DNA of 64,000 bases from Ascidiella aspersa (taxonomy: Eukaryota): positions 372,001 to 436,000 of the forward strand of contig OZ004615.1 of assembly GCA_963924565.1 (NCBI GenBank). The letters run 5' to 3'. Below the pieces are notes generated by a model. The model saw only the letters and a program-made list of their open reading frames with translations, was not told the DNA's origin and ran no database searches. Positions 13,001 through 22,545 of this stretch are shown here, one piece after another. Within the stretch, counting starts at the first letter, position 1, and each line of letters begins with the position of its first letter. A program made the translations under genes and the position numbers.

Positions 13001-16000
13001 ATTAAAACATGAAACCCAAGTTGAAACAAAATATTGTAGGACCTACAATATTCACTTGTTTTTACAAATCAAATCCTTTAGATTAAAATTATAGGAACTT
13101 TTCCTGGACACTAAAGAGAAAAACATACATTTTCAAAAGCATTATTTCGCCAAAAATATGTTTATATATTATTTAAACAAAAAGTTTCACTATGATATTA
13201 TGGCGCCCTTATGTTGTATAGCATAACATACGTCAATCACAATGAACGACAAAACCTCTTACTTTAGATGTCTGAGATGAAGACTGATCTTGACGAGGGA
13301 TTACTGAGAGGGCTCACCAACCTTAAGACATTGGTCCTCAAGTCCTTCCACAAAGTAACTTCGATTCCACAATTCTTCCTGCAGAACAACAGCTTGTGAG
13401 TCGAGAGGCTATTTGGTGTAGACCAGTGGTTCCCAAACTTTTTTGGCTCGCGGCACACTAAAAAATCATAAATATTTCGCGGCACACTTTTAACAGAACA
13501 ACAAAGGATACATTTATAATCGTCCTTAACACACGACAAACTATTAATTTGTAATGAGTAGTGCGTATTTAAGTCTCAAATGCTTGCGTGTATTCCTATT
13601 GGTAATACAAATACTATATTTTCCAAAATTACAAAAAAGTTTTGCTGCACACTTGACAATCTCTCGAGGCACACAGTTTGGGAATCACTAGCGTTGGCTG
13701 TGCTTCATTTTGTTATTAGGGCCCAGTGGTAAAAGGTAAGCCGGGACGGTCTGGTAAAGTAATTTAGGCAGGTACGCCGTTCCATTTAAGACTGTTTTTT
13801 CGCCCGACCATTCCACCAGGTCTTTGTATGCATTCAAGGTTAAATTTTAGTTGCATCTTTGCTCACTGCAGAAAAAAAGGGGTTTCTAAGATTATTTGTT
13901 CTAGACGTCATAGACGTGAAACGTTCCAGTAAAAACATATTGTACTTTCGCCTTTTCTGGGGTCACAAATAGGGTACAGACTCTTAACTGTTAAAGGTCG
14001 TTGGAAGAAATAAGTGCTCAACTCACGCATACCTTCACTTCTTAAAAAAACATATTTCATGCTGATAACAATAGAAGCCATCGCAAAAGACTGTTTAAAG
14101 TTATAGTCAAAGTGAATTGGATCTGCAAATATATTGCTCGATACAAACACAATCTGAACAGGTAAAAGTAAAAAGTATAATAAACACGCAACTCTTTGTA
14201 ACGTTTAGCCTTGATAAAACTGACCAAAGAAAAAACAGCCAGCTTTTCAACCTCTTTTTTAAGACTTGAAGATCTTACTCTGGGGGACTTTCCCAAGCTG
14301 GGCAACCCGGGAATCCCCGAAACTTTGTTCACTGGGCTCGAATCTCTCCGCAACTTGACCTTGACCTCTTGTGGCCTGCACAAGGTGCCGAAGATGGCGC
14401 TAGAGAGGGTGGAGATGACCTTGCGTGTCCTTGACCTTTCACATAACCCTCTGAGCGAACTGAGGGCCGGTGACCTCAAGGTATTTCGATGTTTATGTGG
14501 TTTACAGAGTTGTAATGACTTCAGTCAAGGACCCGGAGTTGACTTTGTCCGATAATGACTTTAGACTAGGACTTGATATTTTTTGCCAAAGACTTGACTT
14601 AAGTTTTAAAATGACTGGTTTATTAATTATGTGGTAACAATTATTTACCAGTGGAGTAATGACTCAAGTCAATGTCTTAACTGGGAATTGACTTTCTCTA
14701 ATAATGACTAGAACTTTTTTTTTAGATTTTTAAAGTAATAAAGGCTAGACATTTTCGACGCTAAAATCCTTGGAATGCTTTTTTTCGTTGAACATATTTT
14801 GGCTTTTTTAGTATCTTCGCAATTTGGTGAAGCTGAAACTCTCTAGTACCGGATTGCGAACAATCCACCCTGGCGCTTTGGATATTGAGCGGTTGGTGAA
14901 CCTCGATATTTCAAAAAACTCGCTCAAGGGGTTGCAGGTAAATTATACTGTTATCACTTTGTGAATATAAACTAGATATGTCCGATAATATCGGATCGGA
15001 GCCGATACCCGAAACCAAGTGATGTATCGGTACTCGCCCGATACTGGGGTGGTATCGGCGCCGAAACCAAATAAAATAGGAATTTCCAGCCATAATTACA
15101 ACTTTATAAAGTAGTTCTTTAATTAAAGGTAACACACTTTCAACCCTAAAACTGACAAAATAAACAAAAATTTTAAGAAACTTTGTGACGTCATGTCTGA
15201 AAATAATTTTACGGCCTTCCAAACGAAAATCTGGACCAGCGCCCCCTCACAGAGTTCGAACCTCATCGCAGTCTAGTTGTTTTTCTAGCCTGGCCTTGTT
15301 ATAAAATGGTATAAAAAATTTAATTTAAAGAACAAATTATCTGTATTTGTACCAACATAAAATTAAAAAGGGAAAAATAAAGTTATTTCCAAGGCTAGAT
15401 TGTGAGGTGGGTAAAAAGTAGATCAGTCCTGTTCCGTAAGAACTTTGCAAATATACAGCAATATTTTTTGTGCTTATTTTAACTACGTAAATCCCAAAAT
15501 TATATTATGGCTCTCATACGTCTTAGCCCATTTTTGTATGCTACAATCTTGATTTGAACTGACTGATTTTGGTGTATATTCACAGAGGAACGCGTTCGGT
15601 GATCGTCTGTTCCGCCTCGAAGTTCTAACGTTGAACCAGAACCCATGGACATGCGACTGCCAGCTGCGTTGGATTATACAAACCAGAGCTGTGCTTGCAA
15701 CTCACCAACCTGTGTTCTGCCTTGAACCTCCTGATATGCAGGGCATCGACATCCGCTTCGCTCCACAGTCTGTAGCCAACAGTAGATTCTTCTCTTGTAC
15801 TGTGAGTTTAAAGCATTTTTAACTCTTTTAACCAGTCCCCATCACAGACTATGTTGAAAATAAATAAAGAGGTGTTCCAAACGTTGAAAATGCTGCCTAC
15901 TTGTATATGGGCTTTGGTATTCATTCTACGTCTAACTACAACCACCAGCCGTTATCGTAAGTTTTAAAAACTAAACTCTGTCACGGGAAATCATTCCAGA

Positions 16001-18004
16001 CTAACCAAATAGGCAGGCTGAAACAACTAGTCTGAAGTGAGGTTCGAACTCACAACCTCGGTCATACTGGGAGCGTCGTTTTACCAACTGAACTACACAG
16101 GCTCAGAGAGGAGCAAGTCAAGAAACAACCATAGCACCGTTGCATCCTGTTCGTAAAACTAGTCTGTGGTGAGGTTCAAACTCACGACCTCCGGTCATAC
16201 CAGATGAAAGCAAGTCGAGAAACAACAATGACAACAATGCTTGCTGCATTCTGTTAGTTCAAGCAACTTACAGTACCAGGCAATTCATTAAACCAAGTCA
16301 CTTTTGTTTCCCAGTACCCAAACATCTCGCGTTTTGGAATCTTACCCCAGATGACCCGGGACTTTTACTTGGGGGAATCACCGGGGTCAGTGACCCTCTC
16401 GGCAAGATGTGACGTCACTGGTTATCCCCGACCGGAAGTAAGTTGGGTATTACCCACGGGTCAAGGAGGGTCAAAGGTCAAAAGATCAAGCGAGGTGATT
16501 TGCGTGAAATGTAAAGGAAACTCAATTCACCCGGATGTAAGTTGGTTTTAACGAAACTTGAAATTTTGTAGCAAAATTTTGAACTTTTAATGCTGTTGCT
16601 GATTGTTGGAACCAATTGTAAAAATTGTTCTTCCGGAAATATTTTTTTATTAAAGAACCAGAGGTTAAAATGTGGTCCATTGTCGTTCTTCTTTATTGTT
16701 TTCCTGGTATAGGCCTACACATATTTTTTCTCCTATAGTTGAAAAAATATTGCCCTGAATAAGATTGCCCGAATAGGTTTTCGAAACATTGGTACTTTAA
16801 TAAAAAAATTCCTGAAAAAACAATTTTACAATTGATTTAAAATTTAGTAGCAAAATCTGACATGTAGTAGTTTCCTAATTTCAAATAAAAATCATTTTGT
16901 CTAATTTATTTTTTTATTTGACTTGCATTTATCATCAGTCTAACAACTAGGGTGTTAAATTTGACAAATCCTCAGTAATCAGGATTTGCAGCCCGTATCA
17001 ATTAAATAACTACCATGCAAAGAAAAACATTTAAAATTTTAGTATTTTTTTTGCTTCACATGAACCTTGGCAAAACATTTTCAAAGAAGACGTCATAAAT
17101 TGACGTCACAATACAAATAGACTGCAGAAATATGTTGATTTTGGTCAAGAAAATGTGAAAGCGATATGGAGTGTAAATTCATTCAATGCAAAACCGTTTT
17201 GATTTTAGTTAAACTAATTTCTTTGAAAAATTGATTACTTCCTAAATATACATTAATATTTCAATTCGGCCTTCATGGACCCCCTAAAACTAGTTCACGG
17301 ACCCCCAAGGGGTTCATGGACCCCAGTTTAAGAAACCTTGACTTAAACAAAAGATCATTGCCACTTCAGATTTGTGGCTCCTCTTAAAGTGACAGTGATA
17401 ACTAAAAAATATTTTTTGTGTGACTTAGATGGATATTTCAGTGGACGCTCACAACACTTTGCATTTGATTGGCCTTCCTCCCAACCTCGCCATCGGTGTT
17501 TACACTTGCCGTGCTGAGAACAAGCTGGGAGTCCAATTGCGCTCATTCACCGTCACAGCAGCTAAGGCGACACCTAGCGACAAACAACGCGTTAAAGTTC
17601 TACCACAAGGGGGCGGCAACGCGTCGCTGGCGGGAATGAACAATTACCGCGATCCGATAATGAATTTCCGCGGCGTTTTGGCGGGAAAAAGACGCGCACT
17701 GGATCAATCGATGATGCCGATCATGTCCGGGGCTTTAAGCAAGTCAGGAAACAAGCAACTTTGCGAGAAACTGACGGACGACCCGGTTTGTACGCAGCCA
17801 AGGTACAGCGACATCACGGCTGCTAATAACGGAGTCAGTCGGCCCTCTGTGATCGAATTCCCACCAAAGTTTGGACGAGGACCTGAGGTTCGGGAGACTG
17901 GTCGGAATAGCGAGGGTTATAGGAATGGGAGCATCAAGCACTTGGTCTATATTAGACTCGGTTTTCTCGTGCTGTTCGTACATAACGTGTTCTTCGGTAT
18001 ATGA
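6876..18004 (+). CDS. Whole-gene span: 10-exon LRR-Ig cell-surface protein with a LINGO/LRRN/ISLR-like architecture, predicted GPI-anchored
   Basis: Manual splicing of 6876(6918)-7024, 9631-9730, 11736-11878, 12315-12510, 13268-13395, 14264-14480, 14812-14937, 15586-15801, 16315-16536 and 17429-18004 gives one uninterrupted frame, all introns GT-AG. Product: signal peptide, LRRNT, about 13 LRRs, LRRCT (NPWTCDC), Ig domain (RCDVTGYPRPEVSW...GVYTCRAEN) and a hydrophobic C-terminus. Confidence 0.9.
9631..9730 (+). CDS. LRR-Ig exon 2: end of LRRNT and LRR1
   Basis: Acceptor ccttttag; SVTCTRLVSLTRKLPVGIPTNTRKLKVSFTTLM; donor ATG|GTGAGC, phase 0. Confidence 0.8.
10646..10953. mobile_element. hAT-type MITE (Buster/Charlie-like), 308 bp, in LRR-Ig intron 2
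   Basis: TIRs caggggttctcaaact and agtttaagaacccctg (15/16 match); perfect 8-bp TSD CTGTACAG at 10638-10645 and 10954-10961. Confidence 0.92.
11736..11878 (+). CDS. LRR-Ig exon 3: LRRs
   Basis: RLGPAAFRNCYALEEVDLGSNRLEDISPRAFQNLDHLVALSLANNKL; acceptor cacag, donor AG|GTGTGA. Confidence 0.9.
12315..12510 (+). CDS. LRR-Ig exon 4: LRRs
   Basis: FLTEDTFAYLGNLRFLDLSNNMMVVLTPHNFAMLHNLMHLVLLRNPVMCMDQGAFAGLANLQKLE; weak AAG acceptor, donor GAG|GTCGGC. Confidence 0.88.
12556..12900. mobile_element. Degenerate non-autonomous DNA element with GGAGTC subterminal motifs
   Basis: Left end cagggctgtggagtcgg, right end ccgagcccgcagccta (imperfect inverted match); internal ggagtc/gactc repeats. Confidence 0.45.
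13268..13395 (+). CDS. LRR-Ig exon 5: LRRs
   Basis: MSEMKTDLDEGLLRGLTNLKTLVLKSFHKVTSIPQFFLQNNS; acceptor actttag, donor TT|GTGAGT. Confidence 0.88.
13424..13690. mobile_element. hAT-type MITE in LRR-Ig intron 5
   Basis: TIRs cagtggttcccaaact and agtttgggaatcacta (14/16); repeated gcggcacac subterminal motifs; degenerate TSD. Same family as 27285-27542. Confidence 0.8.
14264..14480 (+). CDS. LRR-Ig exon 6: LRRs
   Basis: LEDLTLGDFPKLGNPGIPETLFTGLESLRNLTLTSCGLHKVPKMALERVEMTLRVLDLSHNPLSELRAGDLK; donor AAG|GTATTT. Confidence 0.9.
14812..14937 (+). CDS. LRR-Ig exon 7: LRRs
   Basis: YLRNLVKLKLSSTGLRTIHPGALDIERLVNLDISKNSLKGLQ; acceptor ttttttag, donor CAG|GTAAAT. Confidence 0.9.
14973..15068 (+). 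repeat. End of a CCGATA-rich non-autonomous element, copy 1
   Basis: The 32-nt sequence atgtccgataatatcggatcggagccgatacc (14978-15009) is identical to 36720-36751, with weaker similarity beyond. Confidence 0.75.
15586..15801 (+). CDS. LRR-Ig exon 8: last LRR and LRRCT cap
   Basis: RNAFGDRLFRLEVLTLNQNPWTCDCQLRWI...VFCLEPPDMQG...FFSCT; donor ACT|GTGAGT. Confidence 0.92.
15852..15955 (-). repeat. Rep-A copy
   Basis: Reverse match to the Rep-A consensus (attcattctacgtctaactacaacc). Confidence 0.8.
16022..16102 (-). mobile_element. tRNA-derived SINE head (pseudo-tRNA)
   Basis: Minus strand reads GCCTGTGTAGTTCAGTTGGTAAAACG...GAGGTTGTGAGTTCGAACCTCACTTCAGACTAG, with Pol III A box TAGTTCAGTTGG and B box GTTCGAACC. 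Acceptor and anticodon stems are imperfect. Related pieces at 15252-15295, 16156-16203 and 56689-56722. Confidence 0.75.
16315..16536 (+). CDS. LRR-Ig exon 9: first half of the Ig domain
   Basis: YPNISRFGILPQMTRDFYLGESPGSVTLSARCDVTGYPRPEVSWVLPTG...IHPD; acceptor tttcccag, donor GAT|GTAAGT. Confidence 0.88.
17045..17340 (-). mobile_element. Second, more decayed copy of the 10646-10953 MITE in reverse orientation
   Basis: Reverse complement of about 17262-17340 (caaggtttcttaaactggggtccatgaaccccttgggggtccgtgaactagtttt...) aligns to 10646-10725; internal and distal motifs are also shared. Confidence 0.8.
17429..18004 (+). CDS. LRR-Ig exon 10 (terminal): second half of Ig, stalk and GPI-like signal
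   Basis: Acceptor gacttag; NTLHLIGLPPNLAIGVYTCRAENKLG (Ig F-strand YxC motif); ends RNGSIKHLVYIRLGFLVLFVHNVFFGI-stop. Confidence 0.9.
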   Translation: MDISVDAHNTLHLIGLPPNLAIGVYTCRAENKLGVQLRSFTVTAAKATPSDKQRVKVLPQGGGNASLAGMNNYRDPIMNFRGVLAGKRRALDQSMMPIMSGALSKSGNKQLCEKLTDDPVCTQPRYSDITAANNGVSRPSVIEFPPKFGRGPEVRETGRNSEGYRNGSIKHLVYIRLGFLVLFVHNVFFGI

Positions 18005-18095
18005 TGCATGCTTTTGTGTTTCGTTTCACCACATTTTTTTGCGGTTTTAATCAGCGGCTTGTAGGGCCACCAGCAAACACTAAGTTGCTTCAGAA

Positions 18096-18325
18096 CAGTG
18101 TTTCACAAACTTTTCTCGAGGCGACTCAAATTTTAAGCAAAAGTATAGGAGCGAAGCTTTGGCGAAACAATTTTCTAAAATTTGTAATTTGTAAAGTAAA
18201 CCAACATAAAGAAAATAGCATAAACATATTTGAATTTAATTATTATGAATCATGTTTAACGGAGACCCAACCAGGTCAAACGGCCACACAATTTTTGGTC
18301 GCGACACATGGGTTAAAAAACACTG
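18096..18325. mobile_element. hAT-type MITE in the presumed 3' UTR of the LRR-Ig gene
   Basis: Ends cagtgtttcacaaac and gttaaaaaacactg; gcgac subterminal motifs; TSD degraded. Confidence 0.6.
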
Positions 18326-21300
18326 GCTTAAAGCGGTGGAGGAGCGTATTTTTTTAAATCTGTTAAATGCGAATAAGACTCGACTTCTCAATCATTGTGA
18401 TCAATGTGCCTATTTAAAACAATGCGCTTAATACATTTACATGCGATAATATCAACATCCTTGGCGTATTATAAACTCCGGTAACTCCGAAAAATATGGC
18501 GTTGAAACCGCAGACCAAGAGAAACGCGGAAGATGATTGAAAAACATTTCCCACTTCATAACAAGGGAAAATAGAAAGTGTGTGTCACCCTTTAAAATAC
18601 AGCAGTTATTTTACGACACCAGTTAATCATAGTTACTCTAACCAAGTATTGAAAATTAATATATTCCGCTGCATTCGCAAATTAGTTATTCTAGATTATT
18701 AAAGAAGCTTTAGTGACTATTTTTTAAGCTAAAAAAACTTTTTCGTGTAAATCTTTTTTATTAAGAAAATTAAGGTGAAGTTCAATTTAAAATATCTCAC
18801 ACATATATCGAACAAACTGGAATGTTTCCTCAGTTTAGTTTATATCGTTTTATGGCTGGCGCTAGCTTACCCAAAGCTAACATGAAAACAATACATGAAT
18901 GTGCATTCAAATTAACTGTGTTCCTATCTACAAATCCTTGCTACAATAAAGTCATTGTGCCCACTATACGGCTAAAAACACCTGGAAATATATTTCGCAC
19001 TTCCTCGATTGCAAATATAGGGATGTGTGATACTTGGTATATTGTTCCGATGCACGATAATTTGGCCAACAATATTATCGAATGACGTTACTATTATCAT
19101 AAAGGAGAATAAATTGAAAAGCGCAATTGTTATTATTTTCGCGATGTTCGTGTGAAACTTGCGTAAAGAAATCCATTATCTTCAATTTTAAACTAATATT
19201 TTCTTTGAAAATTCTACGTTAAATCGCGAAGCGTGGCAGAAATTAATTCGATCACCACCGACACCACCCACTAAAACCCGCAAAATAAAGTTAAATATCA
19301 CTTTTTAGTGGGTATACGGAGTGGTCCATGCATTTTGGTTACTGATTGTTTGCGTGTATAGTCCGCTTTAACCGCTTAACCGTTAATAAGCCAACGCCCC
19401 TAATCCTAACCGCAATAAGATTATTGCGAAAAAGTAGTTTCAACGAACACAAACATGACGCTGTCCTTTAATAACACTTTTATAATTTATAATGTTTCAG
19501 ATCTACTATAACTCTTTTATATGACGTGGTTAATTGTTTGTGACGTCACATTCAACTTTATCTGGTAATTGCTACGCACTATTTTCTCTTCATTGCGCAA
19601 GCGATAACTGGTGTTTAAAGTTGTCGTTTTTTTGCCAAGCTTTAATTTTTTTTGCATTAATAATTAACAATGGCTGCCAAATAGTGCCAAAGTTTAAAGG
19701 TAAAGTACAAACATATGGCCAGTGCATCTTTGTATGTCTTTTGGTGGATGTTGGCCAACACCATTCGGTTGATTTTCTATTGTTTACCGCAGAAAATGAA
19801 ATTTCGCCAAGTCTTGTGTTTTATCTGATGTTTAAGTCGATTGGTTCGTTCATAAATAAATCATGCTTAGAAGTAAACATCACAGTGCAACTAAATGTAA
19901 AGCTTTTAGCTTGGCAAGAATTTATAAGGGTTGTTAATGATAAATTTGTGCTACAGTGGTTTTATATTGCTGCATTTAAAAATACATTTTAAGCAGTTTA
20001 AAAAAACATGCTTGGCAGATTGTAAAAAGAACTATTGTGGTAAGCGTCAAAAATCCACCACCATTAATCTATGTATAGAGAATTATTTATGTCTATTCTA
20101 ACTTAATATTCTCAATGAGCCGCAATCAAAGTAGGCCCTGGTTTGAAGTGGCGCCAATTTACTGCGATGATCAGACGCCTGCAAATAAACGAGCGTCCGC
20201 AGGAAACTATAGAAGTTTGCCAACAAGATGGTAATGTTTGATCAGGCCACATCGCTAACAAACAACAAGGTTGGGTGAAACGCCTTGTAGCACTGTTTAA
20301 ACACTTTGGAGTTTAAATGAAAATATGTTATAACAAATTAGTACTGTTTGATTTACTGTGTATAATAAATCTGTATCTGAGTGGGGTTGTATGCAAATTA
20401 TGACTTCAAAGTTTTAGACAGTTTCTCCCGGTGTTGAAATGTGTTGAATTTTTTTATGGAGTAAGCCCATAAAATGATGGATTATACCACAGGAGATACA
20501 TATCCCAGCTGAACACTTGGGCTTTGTAGTCAGCATAATTATACTTCGACCAGATTCTAACTGAGCCAAGAAGCACTAAGCCTTAATGTGCCTGATTACT
20601 TCTAGATTTTGTGAGTATTTTTGACGGTGATATTGGTAATATGTATTTTACTCAATAGCATCAGCCTTTTAATTTGGCAAATTTTTTTTATTTTATTTGA
20701 TAACTTTTATGGTGTTTTGTCAGCTATTTGTTGCACGACGATAAGTTCTTTTACTATATATGGGTGATTGAAATCGTTTTGTTATACTTTGTCAAAAATA
20801 CAAAAAAATACAGTTAAGGTAGAAATTTATGCAAATGTTGTCTTTCAGCAAAGTGGCTTGCTTTATAGGTTGTTAATCTGACCAGCGGATCAAAAGAAGT
20901 GTTTGGCCATTTTTATTAAACAAGCGTTTTGCATTGAGAGTCATACTGGAGTGTGTAAAATTCTTAATTCGTGTATGTGTTTGGGAATCTCGTAAAAATG
21001 TGATTTAACAGTTGATATTTGATCTGATCAAATCAACCATAAAGTCAAATCGAAGTTACATAAAAATCAGCCCTGTTAAGGACTTCACAATAATTTCCTT
21101 TAATTGAAAATTCGTACTTTAAAAGCTTGACAATTGCAAGTATAGCGCAGGCTGTGAAAACAATTCCTTCAATACGTTGCTTAGATAAGCCACGGCAATC
21201 CTTTGTTTAATTTGGCGTGCCACCGAATTCCAGTCAAACATTTCCAGTGTATTATACAACACAGCTTTATCTTAAGTCTATAATAATATATTGGTAGAAC

Positions 21301-22449
21301 GACGAGCAGTGTTTAGTATCTTATCACACAGAGGACAAACATCGGGCGTTGTGTGTTTTTTGGTCACGGGAACCCAATTGTTTGCTGGTGATCTTGTGAA
21401 AAACCGCAGCGGTTACAAGAATTTAAGGCGAATGCATGGAAGAAAGAATGAATGTAGCCTTTGGTTTGTAATTAAAAGTATATGATGGCAAAAGAACTTG
21501 CCTAAACGTTTGCTAATAAAAGAATGAATCTTTTATCAATTATTTGGGCCACTCTCTTTCTACTGAAGATTATGAACAGATCCGTGTTTAGTGTTCAAAA
21601 GTATATCAAATTTATGATTTCCTTTATTTTGTTCTTTTGTTCTTAGAGTGGCCTATAATATAGTATCGAAGCCGATTCCAAACCACAAAATTGCCTAATC
21701 TGTCGTTTTTTTACCGTATTGATGTAGGTAGCCAATATTTTAGGAAAAGTATTGAATTAAAATTGCAAACGAGGTAAAACGTAATAAAGTAATACCGTTT
21801 TTTAATTAATCTAGTTTTGTTCCACAATCAAATCTCAGGTTATTTTGCTAAATGTTGAAATATGGTCACTTAAGTATTTATTGGTACAATATATAAAAAT
21901 AAGAAAAAAACTTTTGCTTTACTAAATCACTGTGGTTTTTCCCCTAAACAATTTTAGAATTACCGCATTTATACCTAAGACAATTACACCCAAACCTATT
22001 GATTTATTACATCAATGTAGTGCTACAGAAGGTAGGGTTGTAAACCTGTAGGTTGATGCCCTTATTTAGATTATACGAGCTAATTTCGTGCTCATTACAT
22101 TGCACCTCGTAAAGGAAAGTTTACTTTGCCAGATCTTTTATTTGCTCGTGCTAGTGGAGTTTGCAATTCGCACAGTTTGGTTTACGACGTAATAAAACAC
22201 GCGCAGTTTGTTTGAAAAGCACTAAAACTGTAATGCTGGTTAGGAATTAATGAAATGCGAGAGCCAAAGGTTTAATCCAGGGGCCCTTATACTTTTGTTG
22301 ATAAAAATCCTTAAACTGTTTTTATAAAAAAATCCTTAAACTGTTTTATAAAAACCCGGATAGCTGCAAGGTCTGAATACCGCGGACTGATGAAAAATTA
22401 AATCGAACTTTTTTTACTTGATTATTATTGCTAAATGAAGAAATTATTC

Positions 22450-22545
22450 TTTGGGGTTTAATGGCTGGAGGTTGTAGTGAGACGTAGAATGAATATTAAA
22501 GTTTATACAGAAGTAGGAAGCATTTTAAACGTTTCAAATAATACT
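22450..22545 (+). repeat. Rep-A copy
   Basis: atggctggaggttgtagtgagacgtagaatgaatattaaagtttatacagaagtaggaagcattttaaacgtttc. Confidence 0.8.

Noticed and set aside
14057-14479. 140-aa minus-strand ORF, and likewise 12339-12545, 17744-17983 and 63254-63460
   Set aside because: These are antisense shadows of real plus-strand exons.
16022-16102. Functional tRNA gene
   Set aside because: The acceptor stem has mismatches, there is no proper anticodon stem, and related fragments share a non-tRNA tail, which fits a SINE.
22300-22353. 25-bp tandem duplications here and at about 46284-46328
   Set aside because: Ordinary two-copy slippage duplications with no further structure.
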